Below, piece after piece: positions 27,410 to 38,376 of a stretch of DNA of 64,000 nucleotides. Location: the NCBI GenBank assembly GCA_049514215.1, contig JBEKVI010000021.1:1-64000 (forward strand). The letters run 5' to 3'. The notes beneath the pieces were generated by a model. It did no database searches. It worked only from the letters and a program-made list of their open reading frames with translations, and had not been told where the DNA came from. Both the position numbers and the translations under genes were made by a program. The stretch comes from Burkholderiaceae bacterium (lineage in GTDB: Bacteria > Pseudomonadota > Gammaproteobacteria > Burkholderiales > Burkholderiaceae_D). Numbering within the stretch: position 1 is the stretch's first letter; each line of letters starts with the position of its first letter.

Positions 27410-28837
27410 ATGTCGGGAAAGCGCAGCAACCAGTTTTTTGACGAAATGTCCGAGGCCGAAGGCGGAATCCGAACGCACTACCAGGCGTTCAAGAGCTGGC
27501 TCGATGGGCAAGGGGAAGAAGCGTTAACTGCCAAGCGCGCCGAGGCTGAAGTGATCTTTCGGCGAGTGGGCATTACCTTCGCCGTCTACGGCGACAACGC
27601 GGGCACCGAGCGCACCATCCCCTTCGACATCATCCCCCGCATCTTTCCGTCGGCAGAGTGGCGCCAGCTCGAGATGGGTTTGCGGCAACGCGTGAAGGCG
27701 TTGAACCTGTTCATCCACGACGTCTACCACGACCAGAAGATCATTAAAGCCGGCATCATCCCGGCCGACCAGATCCTGAACAATTCGCAGTACCGTCCCC
27801 AGATGCGGGACGTGGATGTGCCTTTGAACATGTATGCGCATATCGCGGGAATCGACGTCGTGCGCGCGGGCGAGGGCGAGTTCTACGTCCTCGAGGACAA
27901 CCTGCGGGTGCCTTCGGGTGTGTCGTACATGCTCGAAGACCGCAAGATGATGATGCGCCTGTTTCCCGAACTGTTTTCGTGTAACCGCGTCGCCCCGGTC
28001 GCGCACTACCCCGACCTGCTTTTGGATACGCTGCGTGCGGTCGCGCCGCAAGCCGGCACCGAACCCACCGTCGTCGTGCTCACTCCCGGGAGCTACAACT
28101 CGGCGTATTTCGAACATGCGTTTCTCGCCCAGCAGATGGGAGTGGAACTGGTCGAGGGGCAAGACCTTTTCGTCGACGACGGCTACGTCTACATGCGAAC
28201 CACCCGGGGCCCGCGGCGTGTGGATGTGATCTACCGGCGCGTCGATGACGATTTTCTCGATCCACTGGTGTTCCGGGACGACTCCACCTTGGGGGTGCCG
28301 GGGATTCTATCGGTCTACCGCCACGGCAATGTCACCCTGTCGAATGCGATCGGGACCGGAATCGCCGACGACAAGTCGGTGTATCCCTTCGTGCCGGAGA
28401 TGATCCGCTTCTACCTCGATGAGGACGCCATCTTAAACAACGTGCCGACGTATCAGTGCCGAAGGAAGGACGAGCTTTCCTATGCGCTGGCCAATCTCTC
28501 CCAGCTCGTGGTCAAAGAGACTCATGGCGCGGGCGGCTATGGCATGTTGATCGGGCCGGCTGCGACCAAGGCTGAAATCGAGAAGTTCCGTGCGGTCCTC
28601 ATTGCCAATCCCGAGAAATACATCGCTCAACCCACGCTCGCGCTTTCGGCATGCCCGACTTTCGTGGAAAGCGGCGTCGCTCCGCGCCACATCGATCTGC
28701 GTCCTTTCGTGCTTTCGGGCAAGAGTGTGAGAATGGTGCCAGGCGGACTCACCCGCGTGGCACTGCGTGAAGGCTCGCTCGTGGTGAATTCCTCGCAGGG
28801 CGGGGGCACCAAGGACACCTGGGTGCTGGAGGAATGA
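27410..28837 (+). CDS. Circularly permuted type-2 ATP-grasp protein (COG2308; DUF404/DUF407)
   Basis: MSGKRSNQFFDEMSEAEGGIRTHYQAFKSWLDG... Family signature in the ORF translation; first gene of a conserved ATP-grasp/alpha-E/transglutaminase operon. Confidence 0.85.
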   Translation: MSGKRSNQFFDEMSEAEGGIRTHYQAFKSWLDGQGEEALTAKRAEAEVIFRRVGITFAVYGDNAGTERTIPFDIIPRIFPSAEWRQLEMGLRQRVKALNLFIHDVYHDQKIIKAGIIPADQILNNSQYRPQMRDVDVPLNMYAHIAGIDVVRAGEGEFYVLEDNLRVPSGVSYMLEDRKMMMRLFPELFSCNRVAPVAHYPDLLLDTLRAVAPQAGTEPTVVVLTPGSYNSAYFEHAFLAQQMGVELVEGQDLFVDDGYVYMRTTRGPRRVDVIYRRVDDDFLDPLVFRDDSTLGVPGILSVYRHGNVTLSNAIGTGIADDKSVYPFVPEMIRFYLDEDAILNNVPTYQCRRKDELSYALANLSQLVVKETHGAGGYGMLIGPAATKAEIEKFRAVLIANPEKYIAQPTLALSACPTFVESGVAPRHIDLRPFVLSGKSVRMVPGGLTRVALREGSLVVNSSQGGGTKDTWVLEE

Positions 28838-28838
28838 G

Positions 28839-29822
28839 ATGCTAAGCCGGACCGCAGATCACCTGTTCTGGATGGCCCGCTACGTCGAGCGCGCGGAAAA
28901 CACGGCCCGCATGCTCGATGTCAATATCCAGATGTCGCTTTTGCCGCAGTCCAATATCGGGGTCGACGAAGGTTGGCGCGCCATGCTGGGAATCTCCGAG
29001 CTCCAGCGCGCCTACGATGCGCGCCACGATTCGGTCACTTCGCGCGAGGTGATCGAATTCATGGTGCGCGATCCGAGCAACAACTCGTCGATCCATTCGT
29101 GCTTGCACGCCGCCCGCGAAAACGCCCGCGCGGTTCGGGGAACGCTGACCACCGAAGTGTGGGAGACGCACAACGCCACCTGGCTGGAATTGAACAACCT
29201 GCTTTCCGGCAGAAGCCTCGAGCGCGACCCGAGCGAATTCTTCGAATGGGTCAAGTTCCGCTCGCACCTTTCGCGCGGTGTCATGATCGGCACCATGATC
29301 AAGGACGAGGCCTTCCACTTTGCCCGACTGGGGACCTTCGTCGAGCGCGCCGACAATACGGCGCGCATCTTGGACGTGAAGTATCACGGCTTGGCCGAAC
29401 TGGGACGGCTGGTCGAGCCCGGCAGTGTCGATACCAAGGGCGAGCCCGAAGTCAATATCCACCGCGACTTCTACCACTGGGCCGCGGTGCTGCGCTCGGT
29501 ATCGGCCTTCGAGATCTATCGCAAGGTGTATCGCGACGTGATCACGCCTGCGCGCGTGGCGGAGCTTCTCATCTTGCGCCAGGACATGCCGCGCTCCCTG
29601 GCCGCGTGCGTCCAGGAGGTCATGCAAAACCTGGCGAAGGTCTCCAACGACCACTCGGGTGAAACCGAACGCCGCGCCGGCATGCTCTCAAGCGAACTCG
29701 GGTACGGTCGTATCGAGGACATCCTGCAAACCGGGCTGCATGCGTATCTCACCAATTTTCTCGAACGCGTCAACGATTTGGGCTCCAGAATCAGTCGTGA
29801 CTTCCTGGTCTGGAGCCAGTAA
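28839..29822 (+). CDS. Alpha-E domain protein (COG2307; DUF403)
   Basis: MLSRTADHLFWMARYVERAENTARMLDVN is the canonical alpha-E N-terminus. 1-nt gap after the ATP-grasp stop. Confidence 0.85.
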   Translation: MLSRTADHLFWMARYVERAENTARMLDVNIQMSLLPQSNIGVDEGWRAMLGISELQRAYDARHDSVTSREVIEFMVRDPSNNSSIHSCLHAARENARAVRGTLTTEVWETHNATWLELNNLLSGRSLERDPSEFFEWVKFRSHLSRGVMIGTMIKDEAFHFARLGTFVERADNTARILDVKYHGLAELGRLVEPGSVDTKGEPEVNIHRDFYHWAAVLRSVSAFEIYRKVYRDVITPARVAELLILRQDMPRSLAACVQEVMQNLAKVSNDHSGETERRAGMLSSELGYGRIEDILQTGLHAYLTNFLERVNDLGSRISRDFLVWSQ

Positions 29823-29844
29823 GCACCCTCCTTAAGGGATCAAC

Positions 29845-32800
29845 TTGTCCATCCACGTCGCACTAAAGCATGTCACCGAATATCGGTACGACCGTCTCGT
29901 TGGCCTGTCGCCGCAGATCGTGCGTCTTCGTCCGGCTCCGCATTGCCGCACGCCGATCCTCTCCTATTCCCAAAAGGTCGAGCCGACCCAGCATTTCATC
30001 AACTGGATGCAGGATCCCTTCGCCAATTACCTGGCGCGCTTAGTCTTTCCCGACCGCACGCGCGACTTCAAGGTGACCGTCGATCTGGTCGCGGAGATGG
30101 CGGTCTACAACCCCTTCGATTTTTTCCTTGAACCCTACGCTGAGAAATTTCCGTTTCGCTACGACGCCGAACTCGCCCGTGAACTGGCTCCCTATCTCGT
30201 CAAGCTCGACGAGGATCTCTCGAAGCATCCGCGTTTCAAGTCGTTTCTGAAGAGCGTCGATTTGACCAAGCAGGGCACGGTGGACTTTCTGGTCGAGCTC
30301 AACCGCCATGTCCAATCGGACGTCGCCTATCTCATCCGGATGGAGCCGGGCGTCCAGTCACCCGAGCAGACCCTCGTTAAGGCCGCCGGGTCTTGTCGCG
30401 ATTCGGCCTGGCTTTTGGTCCAGCTCCTGCGCCATCTCGGTCTTGCGGCGCGCTTCGTGTCAGGTTACCTCATCCAGCTCAAAGCGGATGTGAAGGCCCT
30501 CGATGGGCCTTCGGGCGCCGAGACCGATTTCACCGACCTGCACGCCTGGTGCGAGGTCTATCTGCCGGGCGCGGGATGGATCGGCTTTGACCCTACCTCC
30601 GGACTTCTTGCAGGGGAAGGTCATATCCCGCTCGCCTCGACCCCGGAGCCGGGCAGCGCCGCTCCCGTGACCGGGGCCGTGGACAAGTCCGAAGTCGAGT
30701 TCACGCACACCATGTCTGTCACGCGCATCTACGAGTCGCCGCGCGTGACCAAACCTTATTCCGAGGAACAGTGGAAGGACATCCTCTCGCTCGGTGAAAT
30801 GGTCGATTCCCGCCTGGATGCAATGGATGTCCGCCTGACCCAGGGGGGCGAGCCCACCTTCGTGTCGGTTGATGACCGCGACGGGGAGGAATGGAATACC
30901 GCGGCGCTTGGCAAGACCAAGCGCGGCTATGCCACCGAGCTCGTCCAGAAGCTGCGCGACCGTTATGGTCAGGGTGGCTTTTTACACTTTGGTCAGGGTA
31001 AGTGGTATCCGGGAGAGCAGCTGCCGCGCTGGGCACTTTCGGTCTGCTGGAGGGCGGACGGGCAGCCGTGCTGGGCCAACCCGGCCCTGTTTGCCGACGA
31101 GCGCCTGCCCTCGTCGTATACCCCCGAGGATGCCCGGCGTTTCATCGATGCGCTAACGACGCGCTTGGATCTGGATCCGCGCTTCGTCATCCCTGGCTTC
31201 GAGGATGTTTTCTATTACATGTGGCGCGAGCGCCGGCTTCCGGTCAATGTCGATCCCTTCGATTCGCGCGTGGACGACGAAATGGAGCGCGAGCGTCTGC
31301 GCCACGTCTTCGATCGCGGCTTGAAAACCGAGGTGGGATTCGCGCTGCCGATCCGGGTGAACACCGACGCGCGTCCGGGACAGCCGCGCTGGATCAGCGG
31401 ACCCTGGTACATGCGCGACGAGCGCATGTACCTGTTTCCCGGCGACTCGCCCATGGGCTACCGGCTGCCGTTGGATTCGCTGCCCTGGATCACGCAAGGC
31501 GACCAGATCCCCAGTTTCGCGCAGGATCCTTTCGCCGCGCAGAACGCCTTGCCTGCGTACGCCCAGTTGCGCATGCAGTCCCCGCAGCATCTTGTGGGCT
31601 TCGGTCCCGGAGGTCTGGCCTACACCGGCAACGTGCACGGCGCCTCCGAGCCCGCGCTGCAAGAAGGCGCCTTGGCGGCAACGGGCCTGCCTGCCGGCCG
31701 TGGCGCCGGTCCGGCCGCCCCGGCCGGCGCCGGTGCGCGGCCGCCGGCTGCCACGACGCTTGTGCCAGCGCTTGATAAAAAGGAAGCGCGCATGCCGGCA
31801 CGCTTCGAATCAGCGGGCTGGCTCACGCGCACGGCGCTATGTGTGGAGACGCGCAAAGGCGTTCTCTACGTATTCATGCCGCCACTGACCGCACTCGAGG
31901 ATTACCTCACCTTGCTTGCGGCCGTCGAGATGACGGCCGAGACTTTAGGCGTGAAAATCGTGCTCGAGGGCTATCCCCCGCCACGCGATGCGCGCCTGAA
32001 ACTGCTGCAGGTCACACCGGACCCTGGCGTCATTGAAGTCAACATCCATCCGGCCGCGAATTGGGCCGAACTGGTGGATCACACCGAGTTTCTCTACCAG
32101 GCCGCGTTCGAGACGCGCCTGTCGACCGAGAAGTTTATGGTCGATGGGCGGCACACCGGAACCGGCGGTGGCAACCACTTCGTCCTGGGCGGCGCGACGC
32201 CGGCCGACAGCCCCTTCCTGCGCAGGCCCGACCTGCTGGCGAGCCTCGTGTCGTATTGGCACAACCACCCCTCGTTGTCCTACCTCTTCACAGGCCTTTT
32301 CATCGGACCCACGAGCCAGGCGCCGCGCATCGACGAGGCGCGCAACGACCAGGTCTACGAAATCGAAATTGCGCTTCAGGAGATCCACAAGCGCTCGGGG
32401 CCGGGAACGGTGCCTCCGCCCTGGCTCATCGATCGGACCCTGCGCAACATCCTGGTTGACGTGACGGGCAACACCCATCGCTCCGAATTCTGCATCGACA
32501 AGCTCTATGCCCCCGAGGGTCCGACCGGGCGGCTGGGCCTGCTGGAGTTGCGCGCCTTCGAGATGCCCCCCCACGCGCGCATGAGCCTGGTGCAGCAGCT
32601 CCTCTTGCGCGCCCTCGTTGCGGCTTTCTGGAAGAAACCCTACACCGCGAAATTGACGCGCTGGGGTACGGAACTGCACGATCGCTTCCTTCTGCCCAGT
32701 TTCGTCGCCTTGGATTTCGAGGACGTGCTCTCGGATTTGGCCGAGCAGGGTTTCGTGTTCCAGAAGACGTGGTTCGCCCCGCACTTCGAGTTTCGCTTTC

Positions 32801-33336
32801 CTCTTTTAGGCGAGGTCGCCGCACGCAGCATCCATCTGTCGCTGCGCTCGGCGCTCGAGCCCTGGCATGTGCTAGGCGAGGAGGGCGCAGCCGGCGGCAC
32901 GGCCCGCTATGTCGACTCGTCTTTGGAACGCATCGAGGCCAAGGTGACCGGATTTAACGACACGCGCTACATCATTACCGTCAATGGTCGCGCGCTCCCG
33001 CTCCATCCGACCGGACGTGTGGGCGAGTTTGTCGCCGGGGTCCGCTACAAGGCATGGGCGCCCACGAGCGCATTGCATCCGACCATTGGCGTGCATGCCC
33101 CGTTGGTTTTTGACATCGTCGATACGTGGAACAACCGCTCGCTTGGGGGTTGCCAGTATCATGTGGCGCATCCCGGGGGCCGCAACTACAACACGTTTCC
33201 GATCAACGCCTATGAAGCCGAAAGTCGCCGCCTTGCTCGCTTCTCGAGGCTTGCCCACACGCCGGGGCGGTTTGACGTGGCCGCTGCGGTGCGAAGCCTC
33301 GAATTCCCCTTCACACTGGATCTGCGCCATGACTAG
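29845..33336 (+). CDS. Large transglutaminase-family protein (Bact_transglu_N + transglutaminase core + DUF2126-like C-terminal region)
   Basis: 1163 aa. N-terminus HVTEYRYDRLVGLSPQ. Cys-His-Asp core (GSCRDSAWLLVQLLRHLGLAARFVSGYL ... DLHAWCEVYLPGAGWIGFDPTSG). Confidence 0.85.
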   Translation: MSIHVALKHVTEYRYDRLVGLSPQIVRLRPAPHCRTPILSYSQKVEPTQHFINWMQDPFANYLARLVFPDRTRDFKVTVDLVAEMAVYNPFDFFLEPYAEKFPFRYDAELARELAPYLVKLDEDLSKHPRFKSFLKSVDLTKQGTVDFLVELNRHVQSDVAYLIRMEPGVQSPEQTLVKAAGSCRDSAWLLVQLLRHLGLAARFVSGYLIQLKADVKALDGPSGAETDFTDLHAWCEVYLPGAGWIGFDPTSGLLAGEGHIPLASTPEPGSAAPVTGAVDKSEVEFTHTMSVTRIYESPRVTKPYSEEQWKDILSLGEMVDSRLDAMDVRLTQGGEPTFVSVDDRDGEEWNTAALGKTKRGYATELVQKLRDRYGQGGFLHFGQGKWYPGEQLPRWALSVCWRADGQPCWANPALFADERLPSSYTPEDARRFIDALTTRLDLDPRFVIPGFEDVFYYMWRERRLPVNVDPFDSRVDDEMERERLRHVFDRGLKTEVGFALPIRVNTDARPGQPRWISGPWYMRDERMYLFPGDSPMGYRLPLDSLPWITQGDQIPSFAQDPFAAQNALPAYAQLRMQSPQHLVGFGPGGLAYTGNVHGASEPALQEGALAATGLPAGRGAGPAAPAGAGARPPAATTLVPALDKKEARMPARFESAGWLTRTALCVETRKGVLYVFMPPLTALEDYLTLLAAVEMTAETLGVKIVLEGYPPPRDARLKLLQVTPDPGVIEVNIHPAANWAELVDHTEFLYQAAFETRLSTEKFMVDGRHTGTGGGNHFVLGGATPADSPFLRRPDLLASLVSYWHNHPSLSYLFTGLFIGPTSQAPRIDEARNDQVYEIEIALQEIHKRSGPGTVPPPWLIDRTLRNILVDVTGNTHRSEFCIDKLYAPEGPTGRLGLLELRAFEMPPHARMSLVQQLLLRALVAAFWKKPYTAKLTRWGTELHDRFLLPSFVALDFEDVLSDLAEQGFVFQKTWFAPHFEFRFPLLGEVAARSIHLSLRSALEPWHVLGEEGAAGGTARYVDSSLERIEAKVTGFNDTRYIITVNGRALPLHPTGRVGEFVAGVRYKAWAPTSALHPTIGVHAPLVFDIVDTWNNRSLGGCQYHVAHPGGRNYNTFPINAYEAESRRLARFSRLAHTPGRFDVAAAVRSLEFPFTLDLRHD

Positions 33337-33381
33337 GTCAGCGAGCTTCTGCCATCGCGCACACGTGGGTTACGACGGGCG

Positions 33382-35988
33382 TTGTCGGGCTGGTCCCCTG
33401 CGCCACCGATGCGCGAGCGCTTTGGCCTGATCGTGCCCAACACGCTGTTCCAGACCGAGGAGGGTACCGAGGCCGCAGCGACCGCAGCGCGGCTGGCCCT
33501 TCCGCCTAAGCCGGGATATTTCGACGAATTGCGCAGTGACGCGGCCCTGCTAAGGCCGACGTGGCAGCGCTTTTTTGACCTCCTGGGCTCATCGGGCTTC
33601 GCCGACCTCGATCACCGCGTCGAGGTCGTCGCGCGCCAGATCCGCGAAAACGGCATCACTTACAACATCTACGCGGACAGCGACGGACCGGCGCGTCCCT
33701 GGTCACTCGATCTCTTGCCCTTTGTGATCGACCAGAACGACTGGTCCCAGCTCGAAGCCGGCCTGAAGCAGCGAGCCGAGCTGCTCAATGCGATCCTAGC
33801 TGACGTCTACGGCGCGCAGCAGCTGCTGCATCGCGGTCTTCTGCCCCCGGCCCTGGTCAATGGCCACCCCGGGTATCTGCGCGCCGTGCGCGGGTTCTCA
33901 CCTCCGAAGGGCGTCTATCTGCACATCGCCGCCTTCGATATCGCCCGCGCGCCCGACGGGGGCTGGTGGGTGGTCTCCCAGCGGACCCAGGCGCCGTCCG
34001 GGCTCGGTTACCTCCTCGAGAATCGCCTGACGATATCGCGGCTGTTTCCCGACGCGTTTCGCGAGATGCACGTGCAGCATCTCGCAACGAGCTATCGCCT
34101 TCTGGTCGACAATCTGGTGCGTTTAAGTCCTGCAAGCGAGGGGGCTCCGCGCATCGTGCTTCTCACGCCGGGTCCCTACAACGAGACCTACTTCGAGCAT
34201 GCCTACCTGGCGCGTTATTTGGGGCTGCCGCTGGTGGAAGGAAGCGACCTCACCGTCCGCGAGGATCAGCTTTTCCTGAAGACGCTCTACGGCTTAGAGA
34301 GGGTGCATGGCGTCCTCAGACGTCTGGACGACGACTATCTCGACCCGCTGGAACTGCGCTCGGATTCGACGTTGGGTGTGCCCGGCTTGCTGCAGGCGAT
34401 GCGCTCGGGCAATGTCCTCATCGCCAATGCTCCAGGCACCAGCTTTCTCGAGTCGCCCGCCATCAACGGGTTTTTGCCGGCGATCGCACGCTACCTGACC
34501 GGCAAAGAGCTGTCCTTGCCTTCGCTGTCGTCCTGGTGGTGCGGCGAAGACGCGGCACGACAGCAGATCCTGCCCTATCTGCAGGATCTGGTCGTCAAAC
34601 CCACCTATCCGACGGCGAGTTTCGAGCCGATCATTGGTGCGAACGTGAGCGCTGGCGAAATCGAGAGTTGGCGTGCGCGTATCGACGACGAGGGCGCAGA
34701 CTATACGGTGCAGGCCTACCTGCCGCTGTCGCAGGCGCCCACCTGGACGGCCGGGCGCATTGTGCCGCGGGCGGCCATGGTCCGGGTGTTTGCGATTGCC
34801 AACGAGGAGGGGGGCTGGCACATCCTGCCTGGTGGACTCACGCGCATTGCAAGTCTGGATCAGCAGGTGGTCTCGATGCAGCGGGGCGGCAGCAGCCTCG
34901 ACAGCTGGGTGCTCACGGATGGGCCGGTCGATGCCTTTTCCATGCTTCCGCATCAGCTGGGGCCAGACGAGCTCGCCCAAAAGCGCCGACCAGTCTCCAG
35001 TCGCGCTGCAGAGAATCTGTTCTGGATGGGACGCTATGCCGAGCGTGCCGAGAACGCCGTGCGCCTCGCACGCGTCGTTCTCACCTGGCTTAACGGCGAC
35101 GAAGATGCACCGCCCCCGTTTCTGGATGCCCTGGGCCAGCTGTGCGTCTTGCGCGGCTTGGTCGCCGAGACCGTGCCTTCGCCTGCGACCGACGCCCGCG
35201 AATTCGAGCATGCGCTTACGGCCGCCATGGCGGACAGCCAGACTTCCACGAGCGTGGGCTTTAACGTGCACGCCATGGGTTATGCCGCAAGCCAGATCCG
35301 CGACCGACTCTCGCCCACCCACTGGAGGTTGATCCTGGCTGCAGGCGACGAATTCTTCGCCAAGCTTCGGCAAACCGCCGAGGAGGTCTCGACGGTGGAA
35401 GTGCTGCCGGCGCTCGAGTACCTGGGGATGCAGCTTTCGGCCATCACCGGTGCCCAGACGGATCGCATGACCCGCGATTCGGGATGGCGCCTTATGACCA
35501 TTGGGCGCCAGATCGAACGTCTGTCGAGCATGAGTTCGACTCTGTGGGCGTTGTTTCAGGACCAGGTGGTGCTGCTTGAACCCGGCTTCGATCTGCTGCT
35601 GGATCTGTTCGACAGCACGATCACCTATCGCGCGCACTACCAAAGGCGCCACGAGATACCCGCTCTTTTGGATCTGTTGGTCATGGACCCGGAAAACCCG
35701 CGCTCGCTTGCGTGCGTTCTCGAGGTGCTGCGCAACCAGATTCTCCTGCTACCGGCATCGGATTCCAAAAGCGGGGCACAAGCCGTAGGCGACCTGCTTG
35801 CGGTATTGCCCTTTGCCGGAGTCGGCATGAACCTCGAAGAACTCTGCGAGCGCGATGACCAGGGCCACTTCGTGAAGCTTCTTGCGCTCGCGAGTCGGAC
35901 GAGCGAGGCCGCGCGCACACTTTCCGACGAGATCGGAAGGCGTTATTTCAGTCATGTCGCCGAACCGGATCGGGCGCTAGCCGCATGA
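33382..35988 (+). CDS. Fusion protein: circularly permuted ATP-grasp (COG2308) N-terminal + alpha-E (COG2307) C-terminal
   Basis: 868 aa. N-terminal half parallels gene 27410-28837 (TLLTPGPYNETYFEHAYLARYLG, DDDYLDPLELRSDSTLGVPGL). C-terminal part carries ENLFWMGRYAERAENAVRLARV (alpha-E). An alternative start MRERFG lies at 33409. Confidence 0.8.
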   Translation: MSGWSPAPPMRERFGLIVPNTLFQTEEGTEAAATAARLALPPKPGYFDELRSDAALLRPTWQRFFDLLGSSGFADLDHRVEVVARQIRENGITYNIYADSDGPARPWSLDLLPFVIDQNDWSQLEAGLKQRAELLNAILADVYGAQQLLHRGLLPPALVNGHPGYLRAVRGFSPPKGVYLHIAAFDIARAPDGGWWVVSQRTQAPSGLGYLLENRLTISRLFPDAFREMHVQHLATSYRLLVDNLVRLSPASEGAPRIVLLTPGPYNETYFEHAYLARYLGLPLVEGSDLTVREDQLFLKTLYGLERVHGVLRRLDDDYLDPLELRSDSTLGVPGLLQAMRSGNVLIANAPGTSFLESPAINGFLPAIARYLTGKELSLPSLSSWWCGEDAARQQILPYLQDLVVKPTYPTASFEPIIGANVSAGEIESWRARIDDEGADYTVQAYLPLSQAPTWTAGRIVPRAAMVRVFAIANEEGGWHILPGGLTRIASLDQQVVSMQRGGSSLDSWVLTDGPVDAFSMLPHQLGPDELAQKRRPVSSRAAENLFWMGRYAERAENAVRLARVVLTWLNGDEDAPPPFLDALGQLCVLRGLVAETVPSPATDAREFEHALTAAMADSQTSTSVGFNVHAMGYAASQIRDRLSPTHWRLILAAGDEFFAKLRQTAEEVSTVEVLPALEYLGMQLSAITGAQTDRMTRDSGWRLMTIGRQIERLSSMSSTLWALFQDQVVLLEPGFDLLLDLFDSTITYRAHYQRRHEIPALLDLLVMDPENPRSLACVLEVLRNQILLLPASDSKSGAQAVGDLLAVLPFAGVGMNLEELCERDDQGHFVKLLALASRTSEAARTLSDEIGRRYFSHVAEPDRALAA

Positions 35989-36917
35989 GCGAGCGCCTTC
36001 AGACCCGGCTGCGGGTGGTGCACGAGACCCGCTACAGGTACGCGAGCCGGGTCGAATTCGCCCATCATCTGGCCTATTTACGGCCGCTTGAGGCGGCATC
36101 GTTCCAGATGCTCGACCGCTTTGGTCTGACGATCACACCGCGGCCTTCGTATCTTGCGGAGAACCGCGACTCCTACGGCAACGCGCGCGTGTTCTTCTCG
36201 CTCTATGTCCCGCATCGCGAGCTCATCGTGCGCGCCGAAAGTGCGTTGACCATCGCCGACCGCTTCGCCGGTGTCGATCTGGATGCGGGCATCAGCTGGG
36301 AGAAAGTGCGCAAGAGCCTGCGTTACGAGGCGGGCGAGCCGTGGCTTGAGCCCACCGAATACGTGTTCGCCTCTCCCTTTGTACTCCTGCACGCCGAACT
36401 GCGCGACTACGCCCTGGGCTCGTTTACGCCGGATCGACCACTGCGCCAGGCTGCCTTGGATCTCATGCACCGGATCCATGCGGACTTCACCTACGAGTCG
36501 GCCAGCACCGATGTCTCCACGCCGCTGTTGGAGGCGTTCCAGATGCGGCGTGGCGTGTGCCAGGACTTCGCGCATGTCTTCATCAGCTGCATGAGAAGCC
36601 TCGGACTGGCTGCCGCCTATGTGAGCGGCTATCTCCTCACGCATCCGCCTGCAGGCCGTCCTCGACTGACGGGGGCCGATGCCTCGCATGCCTGGGCCTC
36701 GGTGTGGTGCCCCGACCTCTCGGCCAACTCGGGATGGCTCGATCTGGATCCGACCAATGATCTCGTGCCCTCGATGGGGCATGTCGTTCTCGCCCGCGGA
36801 CGCGACTACGGCGATGTCGCGCCACTCAGAGGGGTGATCCGCGGGGGTCGCGATCACGAGCTCTCGGTCGCCGTCTCGGTCGAGCCGGTGGGCACACCCG
36901 AGTACTCCCAGCCCTAG
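35985..36917 (+). CDS. Transglutaminase-family protein (short form: Bact_transglu_N + core)
   Basis: VHETRYRYASRV...GVCQDFAHVFISCMRSLGLAAAYVSGYL...HAWASVWCPDLSANSGWLDLDPTND. ATGA overlap with the upstream fusion gene. Confidence 0.85.
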   Translation: MSERLQTRLRVVHETRYRYASRVEFAHHLAYLRPLEAASFQMLDRFGLTITPRPSYLAENRDSYGNARVFFSLYVPHRELIVRAESALTIADRFAGVDLDAGISWEKVRKSLRYEAGEPWLEPTEYVFASPFVLLHAELRDYALGSFTPDRPLRQAALDLMHRIHADFTYESASTDVSTPLLEAFQMRRGVCQDFAHVFISCMRSLGLAAAYVSGYLLTHPPAGRPRLTGADASHAWASVWCPDLSANSGWLDLDPTNDLVPSMGHVVLARGRDYGDVAPLRGVIRGGRDHELSVAVSVEPVGTPEYSQP

Positions 36918-36927
36918 TTTTTTTGGC

Positions 36928-38199
36928 TCAGGGATACAGGCCGCGTTCCTCCCGGGCCTGCAGCACCCGTGTGCAGGCCACCACGAACGCCGCGGTGCGC
37001 AGCGGTATGCGGTGCTGGTCGGCGGTCTCCCAGATGCGTTTGAGGGCGTCGACCATGATCCGGTCCAAGCGCACGTTGATCTCGTCCTCGCTCCAGAAAA
37101 AGGAGCTGAAGTCCTGCACCCACTCGAAGTACGAGACCGTGACCCCGCCGGCGTTGGCGATGACATCCGGCACGACCAGGATGCCGCGATCGCCGAGGAC
37201 CAGGTCGGCGTCCGGCGTGGTCGGTCCATTCGCGCCTTCGAGAACGATGCGCGTCTTGACGCGCTCGGCGCGGGCGCGGTTGAGCTGACCCTCGAGAGCG
37301 GCCGGAATCAGAAACTCGGACGGAACATCCCAGAATTCTTCCAGCGTGATCTTCTCTCCCCCCGCGAATTCGCCCACACCCCCTTTTTGATGGAGTTCGG
37401 CCATGAGGTTGGCGATGTCCAGGCCGTTGGGGTTGTAAATCGTCCCGGTGTGATCCTGTACCGCGACGATTTTTGCGCCGTTGCCGGCGAATAGTTCCGC
37501 GGCAGCCGAGCCGACGTTGCCGAAGCCTTGGACGGCGACGCGCGCGTTCTCCAAGGGAACATTCTGGCGGCGGGCAGCCTCGCGGCCCACCACGAAGACG
37601 CCGCGGCCGGTGGCCTTGACGCGGCCAAGCGAGCCTCCCAGAGGAACGGGTTTGCCCGTCACGACGCCCGTGGCGGTCGAGCCGACGTTCATCGAGTAGG
37701 TGTCCATCATCCAGGCCATGATCTCGGCGTTGGTGTTCACGTCCGGCGCCGGGATGTCCTTGTCCGGCCCGATGATGAGGCCAATCTCGCTCGTGTAGCG
37801 GCGCGTAAGGCGTTCGAGCTCCTTGCGCGAAAGCTCTTTGGGGTCGACGCGCACGCCGCCTTTGGCGCCGCCAAAGGGCAGATTCACCGCCGCCGTCTTG
37901 ACCGTCATCCAGGCCGCCAGGGCCATCACTTCCTCCAGCGTCACATCCGGATGAAAGCGCACCCCGCCTTTGCCCGGCCCGCGCGAGAGGTTGTGCTGGA
38001 CGCGATAGCCCTCGTAGTGGGCGACGCTGCCGTCGTCCAGTTCGATGGGAACGTCGACGACCAGGCACCGCTTGGGGCGGCGCAGGGTTTCGGCCCAGCG
38101 CGCGAAATGTCCGAGATAGGGCACTACGCGCTCTACCTGGTCGAGGTAGGTGCCCCACGGGCTGTTGGGGGAAGGAGAGACGTAGGAAAGGTTCGGCAT
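36928..38199 (-). CDS. gdhA: NAD(P)-dependent glutamate dehydrogenase
   Basis: Glu/Leu/Phe/Val dehydrogenase signature [11 protein letters not shown]. Rossmann [10 protein letters not shown]. Start at MPNLSYV. Confidence 0.9.
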   Translation of the reverse strand: MPNLSYVSPSPNSPWGTYLDQVERVVPYLGHFARWAETLRRPKRCLVVDVPIELDDGSVAHYEGYRVQHNLSRGPGKGGVRFHPDVTLEEVMALAAWMTVKTAAVNLPFGGAKGGVRVDPKELSRKELERLTRRYTSEIGLIIGPDKDIPAPDVNTNAEIMAWMMDTYSMNVGSTATGVVTGKPVPLGGSLGRVKATGRGVFVVGREAARRQNVPLENARVAVQGFGNVGSAAAELFAGNGAKIVAVQDHTGTIYNPNGLDIANLMAELHQKGGVGEFAGGEKITLEEFWDVPSEFLIPAALEGQLNRARAERVKTRIVLEGANGPTTPDADLVLGDRGILVVPDVIANAGGVTVSYFEWVQDFSSFFWSEDEINVRLDRIMVDALKRIWETADQHRIPLRTAAFVVACTRVLQAREERGLYP

Positions 38200-38347
38200 G
38201 GGGCAACTCCCAGAATCGGAAATGGGCGCGACGATACAGGAGTTCAGGGGAGCATGTCCTGTTGCGTTGCAGCAAAGGAAGAGGGGAGCATTTGCCCGCT
38301 TTATTGTTAATCCGCGGTGCAAGCGTTGTATGGGACGCGAGTCTGGG

Positions 38348-38376
38348 GGTCAAACGAGACCGAAGGCGCCTACAAT
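38348..38376 (+). promoter_or_regulatory. Candidate sigma70-type promoter for the Anbu gene (GGTCAA-N16-TACAAT)
   Basis: TACAAT at 38371-38376, about 35 nt upstream of the ATG at 38412. The -35 match is weak. Confidence 0.3.

Noticed and set aside
34294-35652. 452-aa minus-strand ORF (and 33966..35093 plus-strand alternative frame)
   Set aside because: Antisense or alternate frame within the ATP-grasp/alpha-E fusion gene. No motifs. GC artifact.
36918-36927. T7/A7 run between convergent transglutaminase and gdhA genes as a bidirectional terminator
   Set aside because: No adjacent GC-rich hairpin on either strand (only the 8-bp self-complementary GAGTACTC without a loop), so intrinsic termination is unsupported.
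36914-38353. 479-aa minus-strand ORF overlapping gdhA in another frame
   Set aside because: Arg/Gly/Pro-rich translation. The 36928..38322 frame carries the unmistakable Glu-DH signature, so this is the shadow frame.
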